Source: Octopus sinensis (taxonomy: Eukaryota). Taken from it: a stretch of 64,000 nucleotides of DNA. Both the position numbers and the translations under genes were made by a program. The stretch covers positions 115,816,001-115,880,000 of the forward strand of contig NC_043000.1 of the NCBI RefSeq assembly GCF_006345805.1. Direction: 5' to 3'. Position 1 is the first letter of the stretch, and every line of letters begins with the position of its first letter. The notes beneath the pieces were generated by a model, which saw only the letters and a list, made by a program, of their open reading frames with translations, had not been told where the DNA came from and did not search any database. Below are positions 1 to 14,630 of this stretch, piece by piece.

Positions 1-1062
1 TCCCACAAGGCACTGTGTTGGGCCCACTTCTCTTCATCATCTACATAAATGATATTACTGATACCATCAAACACAGTAATATCAGAACCTTCGCTGATGA
101 CTCCAAGCTCCAGAAGGTCATCAATGGCGTGGATGACCGAATAAACCTTCAGTCAGACCTACTGGCTGTTGTCCAATGGGCGGAAAAGAATAACATATTG
201 CTAAATGAAGACAAATTTGAACTGATCCACTTTGGAAGGGAGGACGCTCTGAAACTCCCATACTCTCTTCCTTCTGGAGAAATTCTCATGGCATCCAACA
301 ACATCAGAGACCTGGGAGTAACAGTGGACAACAACATAAGCTGGGCTACACATATAAGCAGCAAAGTTGACATGGCCCGCAGAATGTGTTCCTGGATTCT
401 CAGAACCTTCCAGTCGAGAGATTCCCACGCTATTATCCTTCTCTTCTCCACTTTTGCCGACCACCCCACCTTGAATACTGCTGTCCACTGTGGTCTCCCT
501 ACACAAAACAAAATATTATGAGAATTGAAGCTCCCCAAAGGTCAATCACAAAAATAGATGGCATGTCAGACCTTGACTACTGGGGTAGACTAGAGAAGCT
601 GAAATTGTATTCACTCCAACGACGCCGTGAACGCTACATTATCTGTATGATGTGGAAAATATTCCACCAGCACTGTCCGAATGATGTTGGCATCACCTTC
701 AAAATGCATCCAAGGCTTGGACCACGTGCCATCCGTCCACAACAAAAATCTAAATCGCATCACATAACGACAATACGGCACAACTATTTCACCTCAATTG
801 GACATGCTCTCTTCAACATTACACCAGGGCACGTCAAAAAAGAAACTGACCACACAAAATTCAAGAAGTCTTTGGACAAATTCCTTCAAACAGTACTGGA
901 CAAACCACCCACACCCGGATATGTCTCCGCAAACAATAACTCTCTGCTCGAATGGGCCTTGGTGCCCAAATCCTGAACTGAAAGACTTCACCAGGTGGTG
1001 CTATTAAGTTAGACATGGCCTGGGCCAATACTGGCCAAAACCTTTCTAAGTTATTCTAAGTT
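1..1062 (+). mobile_element. 3' end of a CR1/L2/Jockey-group LINE (RT C-terminus, frameshifted near 460, then 3' UTR and short-repeat tail)
   Basis: PQGTVLGPLLFIIYIND and FADDSKL RT motifs. The ORF continues in another frame (PHLEYCCPLWSP...LYSLQRRRER) to a stop at 976. The tail is tctaagtta-t-tctaagtta. Confidence 0.9.
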
Positions 1063-2610
<1,548 letters not shown>

Positions 2611-2619
2611 TAACATCAG

Positions 2620-3052
2620 GAAATCAATAGGACTCTGCATAATGCCACAGAAGCAGGAGAACCAAGGCATGGCTGTCAGACAATATCTGCGACAACATCA
2701 CCCGGACCATCTGGCCACCAACCACCCCCACCCCTAGACTGCAATTCCTCTGACCATTATGTTGAAGGAGTGACCGACAAAACTCCTTGTAACCTCAAAG
2801 ATGAACTGAAGGCAAGGATTATGACAGCCTTCGCCAACTTATGACAGCCTTCACCAAGGAGGCCGTCTAGAATCTTCCAAAGTCGTTTGAAGGCCGTGGT
2901 TGAAGTCAATGCTGATTTTATCGAATAAATTTACCCTTTAGTATTTCAAGATATTTGAATGTAATTTTGGTAAATATATCTGTTAAAATAAGATGTCAGT
3001 ATTATTTTCATTTTTGCGTAATTTAGACGACGGTTTATTTACCGCAGCCTGT
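2620..3052 (+). pseudogene. Tc1/mariner transposase C-terminal remnant with 3' TIR
   Basis: Degenerate DSA*CH..RT.AWL...WPP..DCN..D.Y, KDELKARIM and SRLKAVVE.N.DFIE* motifs. It ends in ...accgcagcctgTA, the reverse complement of a TACAG.. TIR. Confidence 0.75.
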
Positions 3053-3066
3053 ATATATATATATAT

Positions 3067-3105
3067 ACTAGCTGAAGGTGACCCGCTCTACGCGCGGGTA
3101 AGAGT
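3067..3105 (-). mobile_element. Helitron 3' terminus fragment (identical copy at 3482-3520)
   Basis: Reverse complement is cccgcgcgtagagcggg hairpin + tcaccttcag-CTAG|T. Confidence 0.6.
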
Positions 3106-3107
3106 GT

Positions 3108-3395
3108 GTGCGTGGCACTTTGGGCAAGTGTCTTCTACTATAGACTCGGCCCGACCAAAGCCTTGTGAGTGGATTTGGTAGACGGAGTCTGAAAGAAGCT
3201 CGTCGTATATATATATATATATGCTTGTGTGTGTTTGTGTGTCTGTGTTTGTCACCCTAGCATTGTTGACAAACCGATGCTGGTGTGTTTATGTCCCCTT
3301 ACTTAGCGGTTCGGCAAAGGAGACCAATAGAATAAGTACTGGGCTTGCAAAAGAATAAGTCCCCGGGGTCGAGTTGTTCGATAAAGGCGGTGTGC
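3108..3395 (+). mobile_element. CORE-like tRNA-derived SINE, 5'-truncated
   Basis: Matches the complete copy at 43626-44037. Confidence 0.8.
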
Positions 3396-3419
3396 TCTAT
3401 GTACATATCTATCTATCTA

Positions 3420-3482
<63 letters not shown>

Positions 3483-3544
3483 CTAGCTGAAGGTGACCCG
3501 CTCTACGCGCGGGTAAGAGTGTGGGTGTTACTTTCTGTTGCTTC

Positions 3545-3858
3545 CTTTCAGCACGTAAGAAGCACCATCCGAACGTGGCCGATTGCAGCACCGCCTTGAC
3601 TTGCTTCTGTGCTGGTGGCACGTAAAAAGCACCAACCGATCGTTGCCACTGCGAGCCCCCCTGGCACCAGTGCCGTCGGCACGAAAAAAGCACTCACTAC
3701 ACTCACAGTGTGGTTGGCGTTAGGAAGGTCATCCACCTGTAGAAACACTGCCAGATCAGACTGGAGCCTGGTGCAGCCTCCAGGCTTCCGAGACCCGGTC
3801 ACACTGCCAACCCGTGCTAGCACGGAAACGGACGTTAAACGATGATGATGATGATGAT
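3545..3858 (+). mobile_element. RTE-tailed SINE/LINE 3' fragment ending in (GAT)n
   Basis: ggttggcgttaggaagg..catcc, ggacgttaaac and a (gat)n tail. Confidence 0.55.
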
Positions 3859-4713
3859 TCTCCGTATTTGTTTCTCTCTCCTTTCTCTCTCACTTTCCCA
3901 CTCTCTTACTTTTCTTTTCTCTCTGACTCTCCCTCGCTTTCTCTTACTCTCTATCTTTATCTATCTCTCTCCCATTTAAAACAACAGAAGATCTTGAGTA
4001 AGTTGAGAAATAAAATATTTAGAAAGATCAATCAGAAATATGAGGCAGTGGCAATGGAAAGGTCTGCTTCAAGGCAGACAGCAAAACGCTAACATTCAAA
4101 AGGGACAGACGAACTTGCGAGCTGAAAAAAATAATAAAATATTGGAAACAAAGTTTGAAGGGATAGAATCTGAGGATAGTAGAGTCACCATGGCTGGCAT
4201 TTGTAACGACGGACAGCAACGTAGTGACAGTTTAACGGCTGGCGTAAAATTTTGAACTTGATGTAAAAGAAAATTCGTAAACACCAATTTTTGAAGTGAT
4301 TCTTTCTCACGACAGTAGACTCACCATGGCAAGCATTCAAAACTTCTTTATCATGGACGGCAACACATTGACGATTAAAAGGCTGGCGCAAATTTTTTAG
4401 CTTGATGCAACAGAGAATTCCTAAACACCCGCTTTGAAATTTTAATCCCCTTCCAGCCCCATTTAGACCCCTTTTCACATTTTGGTTAATATAACCCGAT
4501 TTCATTCGGGCGTACTGGGGCCACATTTTATAAGATGAGGAATTTTGTCCTAGAGGTGACGCCTTTCATTTGAGGAACAAAATAGTTGTGATGCAAACTT
4601 GTCAGCACCTTTAACATAGGTGTGCATATTTTCAGGTGAATCGACCGACTACGTAATGCACACATATATATATGTGTATATATATATATATATACAATAT
4701 ATATATATATGTG

Positions 4714-4760
<47 letters not shown>

Positions 4761-4899
4761 ACGCATTATATATACAAATGTATACAAATGAGATATATAT
4801 ATGTATAAATTAAATTAGAGATAAAACCACTAATAGCAAATCAAACAGTGAAAAACCAAAACAAAAACATAAAAAAAGAAAATATAACATAGAAATATA

Positions 4900-5913
4900 T
4901 CTATAATATAAAAACTGTAGTTGTGTGAGTGTCTGTCCCCTTCGATTTAGATTCCTAACTACTCCCAAATTTTGCGGTGCAGTTTAACCAAATTCGGGCC
5001 ATCTTATAGTCGTGATTCATATCGAGCCCGTCTGGGTATTAGCGCGCGTCTACGATGAGTGTACGATTTTAAAAATAATTTAACATCATTTTTTATTCCA
5101 TTTTAATTTATATTTTTTCGTGTGTCGATGGCGGCGGAGTTGGCGTCCACGCTCACGCCTGCACCTGTGTTGCTTCTCCCCCTTCTTCCCTCCCTCGTGA
5201 AGCTGTGGGGAAGGGAGTGTAAAGAAATCAACGTCGTAATGCGTTGTGAAGGAGACCAGCGTTCTTTTAGAACGACTTCATGGCTTGAAGTCGCCAAAAC
5301 AAATCGCTAAAAAAAGCTGAAACAGATCCACAAATGGCAAAAACCGCCACACAGGGCAGGTTTCCTGTGCAAACAATTTGCACAACCGAATGTTTTAGTT
5401 GTTGCACAAATCTTTATATATAAAAGTAAGGTTGTGGTGTCTGTCTCCTACGATTTAGATTCCTAACTACTCCCACATTTGCGGTGCAGTGTAACCAAAA
5501 CCAGGTATCTTATAGTCGTGATTCATATCGAGCCCTTCTGGGTATTAGCGCGCGTCTACGATGAGTCTACGATTTAAAAAAAATTTACCATAATTTTTTA
5601 TTCCATTTTAATGCATTTTTCGCTATTATTAAGGGAAGTAACTCTCTAAAAAATGTCTACGATGAGTCAACGATTAAAAAAAAAAATACCATCATTTTTT
5701 TATTCCATTTTAATGCATTTTTCGCTATTATATAAGGGAAGTAACTCTGTAAAAATGTCTACGATGAGTCAACGATTTAAAAAAGAAATTACTATCATTT
5801 TTTTATTCCGTCTTTAATGCATTTTTTGCTATTTTTTTTTGCTATAACTCACTAAAAATGCTTATATAGTTATTTCCCTTACAAATCCGAGCAACGCCGG
5901 GCGATACTGCTAG
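4900..5913 (+). mobile_element. Non-autonomous Helitron with duplicated 5' end and internal ~100 bp tandem repeats
   Basis: A|TC start at 4900 and a second TC start at 5411. 3' hairpin ccgagcaacgccgg followed by CTAG|T at 5910-5914. Confidence 0.8.
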
Positions 5914-7909
5914 TAAAATATAAAATTGAAAACTTTAAATTATTTAAATTGAAATAAAAATTATGAAATTATATTATAATTTGTTTAAAAATATATATAA
6001 CTATGAAAGAGTATGAAAAAGTTTAATATACATAAATACAGATATATACACTTTGTATATATACATTATATATACATATTTATATATAGAACACACACAC
6101 ACACATACATTATATATACATATTTATATATAGAACACACACACACACACATACATTATATATACATATTTATATATAGACACACACATACATTATATAT
6201 ATACATATTTATATATAGAACACACACACACATACATTATATATACATATTATATATAAACACACACACACACACACACATATAATGAACGCAAAATATC
6301 TGATTCATATATTTGTTCTCATGCTCGTGTGTTTGATTGTTGGTGACAGACATATACTTCAAAGAACGCCGCCGAAGTGATAGGAAGGTAGGAAACAGAG
6401 TCAGTGAAAAAGAAAGGAAATAGCGATAGTGACAGATACTTTAAATAACCGTATGGCATTCTGAAAGTTATAAATGAAGAGGAGTGACAGAGTACTGGAG
6501 GAAATAGGGTGAGGTAGGAAGATGGCCCCTAGAAACCACAGCTTTTAAGATAGGGATTTCTAAGGTACCCCGCGCATCGTCACCTCATTCTACATGTCCC
6601 TGTAAATTTTGGAGCGAATCGGACGGGATGTAGTGGCATTGAAAGCGATCCAAGCGGTAAAAACGCATTTCAGTTTTATATATATATATATATATATATT
6701 ATATTATAGTGTATTTTATATGACTATATAATGTACATATATATATATGTATGTTATTTATATATATATGTGTATTTTATATGACTATAATAATGTATAT
6801 ATATATATATGTATATAAAACACACACATATATACATGTGTGTATACACAAATATATATGTATATAAATATATATATAAATATACACACACACATATTTA
6901 TATATATATATAGAGAGAAAGGGAGACTTACATATAATCTAGCGATTTTCTGGTTAATTTTTTCCCTCTAATTCTTTAATTATATGCAACGACTTGTAGC
7001 AATATACGCAATCTAATAAATATCTTCCTGGTTCTAGTCATTCCACCAATATTGTCGTCGACCCAAGAGGCAAGAACGCTTATTAACATTGTTATCTCAT
7101 ATCGTGGTACGTTACATCTCTCGCAAGATGGAAATTTGCTAAGAGAATACAAAATTTAATGTACTACAACTAATATTATATATTAGTTTCTTAAGTTAGC
7201 ATAAGACATCTGTAACTAGTGAAGAATACATCGACCCCAGTAGATGTCTGGTACTTATACATCGATCTTAGAGTAAAAAACAAAAGAAGATAAAGGTTAT
7301 GATCGACCGCATCTAGTTCGATTTCATTTCTTTAATATTATTTGTCATTTAAGGCGCTGAAATGGCAGAATCGTTAGCACTCTGGACAAAATGCTTTGCG
7401 GCATTTCTTCCGGCTTTGCGTTCTAGGCCATGCATGCTCACAATAACGATGATGATGATAAAAATAATAATAATAAGAAGCAATATAGAATGTGTGCTTA
7501 TTAGTGAATGAACCTCTTGAGATACAACGGAAAATAAATTATTAACCCCCTCAAAATGTATGTAACTTAGTTCAACTTGAATCATTAGTTATTAGAAACA
7601 TGCGAGCTTAAATCATTACACACACACACACATATATATACACACATATATATATATGTATAATTAATAATATCGTGTTTATATGTTTAATGTTGGCGTA
7701 CCTGTTGACGAAGACTTTGCCAAGCAAATTAATTTTTTGCTAAAATAAGTCAGAAACCAAGGTCCAGGAAATAGGTGGTAAATGTTTTTATTTTTCATTC
7801 CTTTTGAGAATTTATTCTTAATTAGTAGTTTGGACTTTAGCTGTTCCTTCTAGCGTAAGGGAGTCCTATGATGGAAACCTCTTAATGTGTTTAAATGTAC
7901 ACTGTATTT

Positions 7910-7961
7910 TATGTATGTATGTATGTATGTATGTATGTATGTATGTATGTATGTATGTATG

Positions 7962-8000
<39 letters not shown>

Positions 8001-8051
8001 TCTATTATCTATCTATCTATCTATCCATCTATCTATCTACTATCTACTATC

Positions 8052-8090
<39 letters not shown>

Positions 8091-8423
8091 CATCCATCTA
8101 TCTATCTATCTATCTATCAGCTATCCAGCTATCCAGCTAGCTATCTATCCAGCCATAGCAGCTATCTATCTATCTATCCATCTATCCATCTTACCAGCCA
8201 GCTATCCATCCAGCTAGCCAGCTATCAGCCAGCCAGCCAGCCATCAGCACCATCTCTATCTATCCATCTAGCTATCATCCATCCATCCGCCAGCCATCTA
8301 GCTAGCCATCTATCTATCTATCAGCCAGCCAGCCAGCTATCACCAGCTATCCAGCCATCCACCAGCCATCCATCCATCCATCCATCCATCTATCTATCTA
8401 TCTATTATCTATCTATCTTCTAT

Positions 8424-8475
<52 letters not shown>

Positions 8476-8480
8476 GCTAT
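7910..8480. repeat. (TATG)n/(TATC)n/(CCAG)n compound microsatellite
   Basis: Directly visible. Confidence 0.95.
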
Positions 8481-8796
8481 ATAGTTATATCTATATATAT
8501 AATAAAAAAGGGTAAATAATTTTTTCGTGGTTTTTTAGACAACCAACAATTATTTACCGGTAAATTTCGGTAAATAATATATATATATTTGAGTAGTTGA
8601 ATGAATTATCTTATTAAGGATGATTCGAAAGATAACCGATACCTGGGTAGCAAATTCACATCAGAAAGAACACGGTTGAAGTTACGTCCCTAGGGCATAG
8701 ACTACGTGCTTTCGTGCGGAAATTTGTATGTTTATTTTAAAATTATAAGTATATGAAAGAATGGAGTTGAACGACTTGTTAACAAATTTCCTTTAT

Positions 8797-8877
8797 TTTC
8801 GACATATGTTTCGAAGGCTGCATATTCCTAATTCCGAAGGAATATGGAGTACATTATGCAGATTTCTCATCAGGAAA
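8797..8877 (-). ncRNA. Type I hammerhead ribozyme, family A
   Basis: Reverse complement is tttc-CTGATGA-long stem II-GAAA-catatg-TC-gaaa. Confidence 0.8.
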
Positions 8878-8966
8878 GGCAAGGAACTTATGTCGACATC
8901 AAAATGCACAAAAACTTTTAGCTGAAAGTTTTTTGTGCATTTTGATGTCGACATAAGTTCCTTGCC

Positions 8967-9047
8967 TTTCCTGATGAGAAATCTGCATAATGTACTCCTT
9001 ATTCCTTCGGAATTAGGAATATGCAGCCTTCGAAACATATGTCGAAA
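8967..9047 (+). ncRNA. Type I hammerhead ribozyme, family A
   Basis: tttc CTGATGA g..ctgcata..tatgcag..c GAAA catatg TC gaaa. Confidence 0.8.
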
Positions 9048-9096
9048 ATAAAGGAAATTTGTTAACAAGTCGTTCAACTCCGTTCTTTCATATACT

Positions 9097-9127
<31 letters not shown>

Positions 9128-10077
9128 GATATGAACAGGAAGTTGCACTGTGTCACCAAAACGGAGAAATATAATTATCACTAAGAAACATCTACATAAA
9201 TGCCGATCGAGAATGCTTAATACTGACGTCAGATAAACCCGCTCGATCTCTGCTTTCTTAGACTTGCTTCTCTATAATTCTATATATATAATGCTGCAAA
9301 TGTGCAAGCTCTTAAAGCAGTTGCTATGCAACTTTCTTTGTGTACATCTCTTCATTTGACCATGGTATATCATTCACCTTAATCCTGATAAAAGGAGGAA
9401 AACGAACTTAAAATAGCCACGTAAAAATATCAGTGGATGACATGGATGACACTTGTACATGAAAAAAATGTCTGAAGCGAATACCGCCCACTGGTAAACT
9501 GTTTTATAATATAGAATGTTAATATACAGGAAAAATGCGTCGTCAGCATCGACCAAATGACATTTATGAGAAAAATTAAGGTGACGGTAACTTTGTCATC
9601 AAGGCAAAAATATTTATTGGTCAATAAGCAACATCTGACGATTGAAACATAATTCACAGAGCCGAGAGTATGTATAAATTTAAACGTCTACAAATTGGAG
9701 CGGTACATAATGTCAGCCATTAACGCATGCAGCATTTGATGGCATATGGCTTATAAAACGCGCTCTATCCATTATAACTATGTCTCGAAAATCACTCCAG
9801 GTCCTTTATGCGGGATATGCATTACATGAATTAAATACATCAATTCACTAAAATAATTCTTTTATATGCGCTGCTGAAATTTGGAATGATTCTAGTATAT
9901 TCTGCATCTTTTATGCCATTAAATACGGCAGTTAAATTGGTTTTTATTAACATGGAAGTGTTAGACAGGAATATAACATAATTAAGCGAAAGATAGACTA
10001 GTAATGACCAATAATGCTTTGACTTGCTTGGGGCCCCTCAATCCTTGAAGGAATCATAAGAGCACTGTTATGATATG

Positions 10078-10583
10078 CGGTACTTAATTTATCGACCCCG
10101 AAAGGATGAACGGCAAAGTCGACCTCGGCGAAATTTGAACTCAGAACGTAACGACAGACGAAATACCTATTTGTTTACTACCCACAAGGGGCTAAACACA
10201 GAGAGGATAAACAAGGACAGACAAACGGATTAAGTCGATTATATCGACCCCAGTGCGTAACCGGTACTTATTTCATCGACCTCAAAAGGATGAAAGGCAA
10301 AGTCGAATTCGGCAGAATTTGAACTCAGAATGTCACGGCAGACGAAATACCTATTTCTTTATTACCCACAAGGGGCTAAACATAGAGGGGACAAACAAGG
10401 ACAGACATAGGTATTAAGTCGATTACATCGACCCCAGTGCGTAACTGGTGCTTAATTTATCGACCCCAAAAGGATGAAAGGCGAAGTCGACCTCGGCGGA
10501 ATTTGAACTCAGAACGTAACGGCAGACGAAATACCGCTTAGCATTTCGCCCGGCGTGCTAACGTTTCAGCCAGCTCGCCGCCT
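10078..10583 (-). mobile_element. tRNA-derived SINE family 2, tandemly amplified (~184 bp period)
   Basis: Head ggcggcgagctgg..gttagc / gagttcaaattcc (A/B box) at the right end; body repeated about 2.7 times. Confidence 0.85.
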
Positions 10584-11229
10584 TACGATAACACCTGATT
10601 AAGAACTCAATAGATTTCAAAGCAACAAGGTATATAAGTAATTAGACGTGATGAACATTTAAAAATAGGAAAATAGATTTTTTACAAGTTGTGTCGCGGT
10701 TTACAATGAAAGAATAGTCGTAGTTTGCTTTTAGGTCGCAACAAGTTCTGTTGAGCAAATGGAAAGCTTTTTTTTACAAGAACTCGATGGAGTTTCAATT
10801 CTGGACTGAAGTAAATTAACTAAACTTACAATACAAATACTTCCTGGGAAAACAGAAAAGTCACAACAAGTTTAAAATAAAGAGCTTTCGTGTCTGAAAA
10901 AAAAATATATTAATATGTTTGTGAATTGGTATAGCGTATAGAATAGATTCCTGTAGAGTCTGCCTAGGACTTGCTTTAAATATTCAGGACTGTGAAAAAT
11001 GCAAACGAAGACACGACCGGATGTGATTTAATAACGTAGACAGAGACACCACGAACACATTCAACCGTCCGGTCCGGTGTCCTTTGCGTTTCTTCCACTT
11101 CACTGCATTCAAAACCCAGTTATTAATTAAAAAGATACTTTCTGGGAAAAGAAGAAAACAACCCGGTAATTATGTGGTTGCGTGCCTGAAATAATGGTTA
11201 CCATAGAATTTATAAATTGGAATGCTGAA

Positions 11230-11282
11230 TTCTATTATTATTATTGTTATTATTATTATTGTTGTTGTTATTATTATTATTA

Positions 11283-11328
<46 letters not shown>

Positions 11329-11351
11329 GTTAATATTGTTATTATTATTAA

Positions 11352-11387
<36 letters not shown>

Positions 11388-11484
11388 TATTATTATTATT
11401 ATTATTATTAATGTTGTTATTATTATTACTATTATGAAATATCACATATGGCTTGTGTGTATGCGTGTATGTGTGTGTATATAC

Positions 11485-11520
<36 letters not shown>

Positions 11521-11572
11521 ATACAAATGTATGCCTGTACAAAAGTATGCCTGTGTACAAATGTATGCATGA

Positions 11573-11654
<82 letters not shown>

Positions 11655-11692
11655 GTGTGTAAACGTGTGCCTGTGTACAAATGTATGCATGA

Positions 11693-11724
<32 letters not shown>

Positions 11725-11799
11725 ATGTATGTATGTATATATATATATATGTACGTACGTGTGTAAACGTGTGCCTGTGTACAAATGTATGCATGAGTG

Positions 11800-11838
<39 letters not shown>

Positions 11839-11873
11839 ATGTATGTATGTATGTATGTATGTATGTATGTATG

Positions 11874-11904
<31 letters not shown>

Positions 11905-11905
11905 A
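11230..11905. repeat. (ATT)n followed by duplicated (TG)/(TATG) cassettes
   Basis: Directly visible. Confidence 0.9.
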
Positions 11906-12232
11906 TTTTGATGTCTGAAATAATCATATTAAAACGAATTAAATTTAATAATGTATGACTAATCAGATTCTAGACACCAAATAATCAACAAACACGGAAA
12001 CAATTGCAATTCTGATATTTTATCGTTTACCTTGGACTTTCCCTGGAGAGTGCAGCAGAACTGCGGCAAGCTCCACTGAAGGTGCATCGGCAACTTTTTT
12101 TCTACCTGTGATTGTGGTTTCACTTCATTTATGTCGCTATAAATAAATATCTCTAGCATGGCACAAATACAAAATTATTTCTTCCCCAGAAGTTAACTAG
12201 TGTTTATTTTATTGGACCCAGACAAAATCATC

Positions 12233-12985
12233 AGGCACAGGAGTGGCTGTGTGGTAAGTAGCTTGCTTACCAACCACATGATTCCGGGTTCAGTCCCACT
12301 GCGTGGCACCTTGCGCAAGTGTCTTCCACTATAGCTTCGGGTCGACCAAAGCCTTGTGAGTGGATTTGGTAGACGGAAACTGAAAGAAGCACGTCGTATA
12401 TATGTATATGCATATATATATATATATTATATATATATATATATTAATATATATATATATTATATACCAATTAAGGACTGAACACGAAAGTGGACAGTCA
12501 ACATGCTAGATATAGACGTCAAATCGCCATTCTCCACAAAAGATTATGTTCTCAAATCAAACTGAGTTTGATTTGAGAACATAATCTTTTGTGGAGAATG
12601 GCGATTTGACGTCTATATCTAGCATGTTGACTGTACACTTTTCGTGTTCAGTCCTTAATTGGTATATATAAATATTTTAATCTCCGGATTCTTTTTTAAT
12701 ATGCTAGACCACTGGTTTTAATTGATAAATATCAATTTCTACCCTTAATTAATTTTATATATATAAACATGTGTATGTGTTTGTGTGTGTGTTTGACCCC
12801 CCCAACATCGCTTGACAACCGATGCTGGTGTGTTTACGTCCCCGTAACTTAGCGATTCGGCAAAAGAGACCGATATAATAAGTACTAGGCTTACAAAGAA
12901 TAAGACCTGAAGTCAATTTGCTCGACTAAAGGCAGTGCTCCAGCATGGCCACAGTCAAGTGACTGAAACAAGTAAAAGAGTAAAG
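12233..12985 (+). mobile_element. CORE-like SINE interrupted in its central (TA)n by a palindromic insertion
   Basis: 5' half at 12233-12400 and 3' half at 12775-12985. Confidence 0.85.
12467..12662. repeat. Near-perfect ~196 bp palindrome
   Basis: ccaattaaggactgaac...caaact|gagtttg...gttcagtccttaattgg. Confidence 0.9.
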
Positions 12986-13385
12986 AGGACTTGGTCGGAG
13001 TGACCGTTGTCAAGGGATGACATGTGACCTCGTTCTCCATTGAATCAGATGCTACGGCTTTCCATATAAATCGCTGCGTTATTTCTTGCAGAAGATTGGT
13101 CTGGAATCGAAACAACTGGAGAATGTCACCGAGAAGATAGGTATAGCAAATGAATCCAGATCAAAGTGGCTGTAGTTGATTGGAGACCATAGGCGGAAGC
13201 CTTCCGCAGCCAATTACTATTTCGGTCCTCGCAGCCTCATTAAGGCAAAGCGTACTGGCTAAGAAGCGAAGTGTTTGTGACTCTGGGAACCTGGTGTACT
13301 AATTTCAACTCCTGCGTCTATGACGCAAACCCAGGGAGCATTCGAGAATTAAATCTAGCATCACGGTTACAAGATTGTGGTTTCG

Positions 13386-13620
13386 GGCGGCGAGCTGGCA
13401 GAAACGTTAGCACGCCGGGCGAAATGCCTAGCCGTATTTCGTCTGCCGTTACGTTCTGAGTTCAAATTCCGCCGAGGTCGACTTTGCCTTTCATCCTCTC
13501 GGGGTCGATAGATTAAGTACCAGTTACGTTCTGGGGTCGTTATAATCGACTTAATCCGTTTGTCTGTCCTTGTTTGTTCTCTCTGTGTTTAGCCCCTTGT
13601 GGGTAGTAAAGAAATAGGTT
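13386..13620 (+). mobile_element. tRNA-derived SINE family 2, complete monomer
   Basis: A/B box head, gcctttcatcct..ggggtcgat body, gccccttgtgggtagtaaagaaat tail. Confidence 0.85.
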
Positions 13621-14032
13621 TCGATTTCCGGAACAGGCAAGGCATTGGGTTCTTGAGCAAGATACTTCATTTCACTCCAGTCCATTTTTTGTATTTTGAA
13701 TATATTTTAACTCTTTAACAAACATATGTCGATGGAGTGCCAAGTAGCCACGAACGAATTCCGCTGATAAACAAAAACGTAGCCCCTCAACAACTTCTGT
13801 TTCACAAGATACATAATAAAGGCACGCTTGGCTGTGTAGTAAGAAGCTTGCTTCCCAACTACATAGTTCCGGGTTCAGTCGCACTGCATGGCACCTTGGG
13901 CAAGTGTCTTCTACTATTGCCTCGGGCCGACTAAAGCCTTCTGAGTGGATTTTGTAGACGGAAACTGAAAGAAGCCCGTCGTGTGTATGTATATATATAT
14001 AAAGTGTAGGTGGCATACGAGTGGGTATATAT

Positions 14033-14359
14033 TTATAAAAAAGAAGTTTGAAAACGCCACTATGTAAGATAAATTTTAATTTTCTGAGAGATTTTACATG
14101 TTTCGGTTCTTGAAAAAACGAACCTTATCACTATTATAGCCAACGATTCTAGTTACCGCGCAAGATAGCCATTATGCTCCCCCCACCTCAAAACACCACC
14201 ACGTGGACTCTGTTGAGACTAGTAAGAAACAATTATGAACTTATTTATTACACTTAACTTTTAAAAATATTTATGAAAAGGCTCGTTTTTTGAAGAAGAA
14301 CCGAAGCATGTAAAATCTCTCAGAAAATTAAAATTTATCTTATAAAGTTTTCAAAACTT

Positions 14360-14365
<6 letters not shown>
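14033..14365. repeat. Inverted pair of degenerate hammerhead-like pLTR fragments
   Basis: 14033-14130 and 14270-14365 are reverse complements. ggttc..gaacc-GAAA-catg-TA-aaat with a decayed core. Confidence 0.55.
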
Positions 14366-14399
<34 letters not shown>

Positions 14400-14551
14400 G
14401 TAAATATAAGAGAGTTACCACTATGTGGTCGACTCTAGCACTAAAAATAGATCCGCTAGGTTTCAGCCACGAAGAATTGTTTCCGATGAAAGTTAGCACG
14501 ACTATTAGCGTAAACGAACAGGGCAAATAAAGAATAACAAAAGTGCAGATT

Positions 14552-14630
14552 AATTCAGGACAATTGTTTCGTTATTAATAAATTATGCAATTTTACTCAC
14601 ACAACATATCCGTATCTCCTCAGCTGAATT
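14552..14630 (-). ncRNA. Type I hammerhead ribozyme, array unit 1
   Basis: aattcag-CTGAGGA-gata..taac-GAAA-caattg-TC-ctgaatt, with a 7 bp stem I. Confidence 0.85.

Larger units (their letters stand above)
8590..9100. mobile_element. Penelope pseudo-LTR fragment folded back into a ~355 bp palindrome (8744-9100)
   Basis: Near-perfect inverted arms centred near 8922. Homologous to 23445-23615 and to 20831-20945. Confidence 0.85.
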
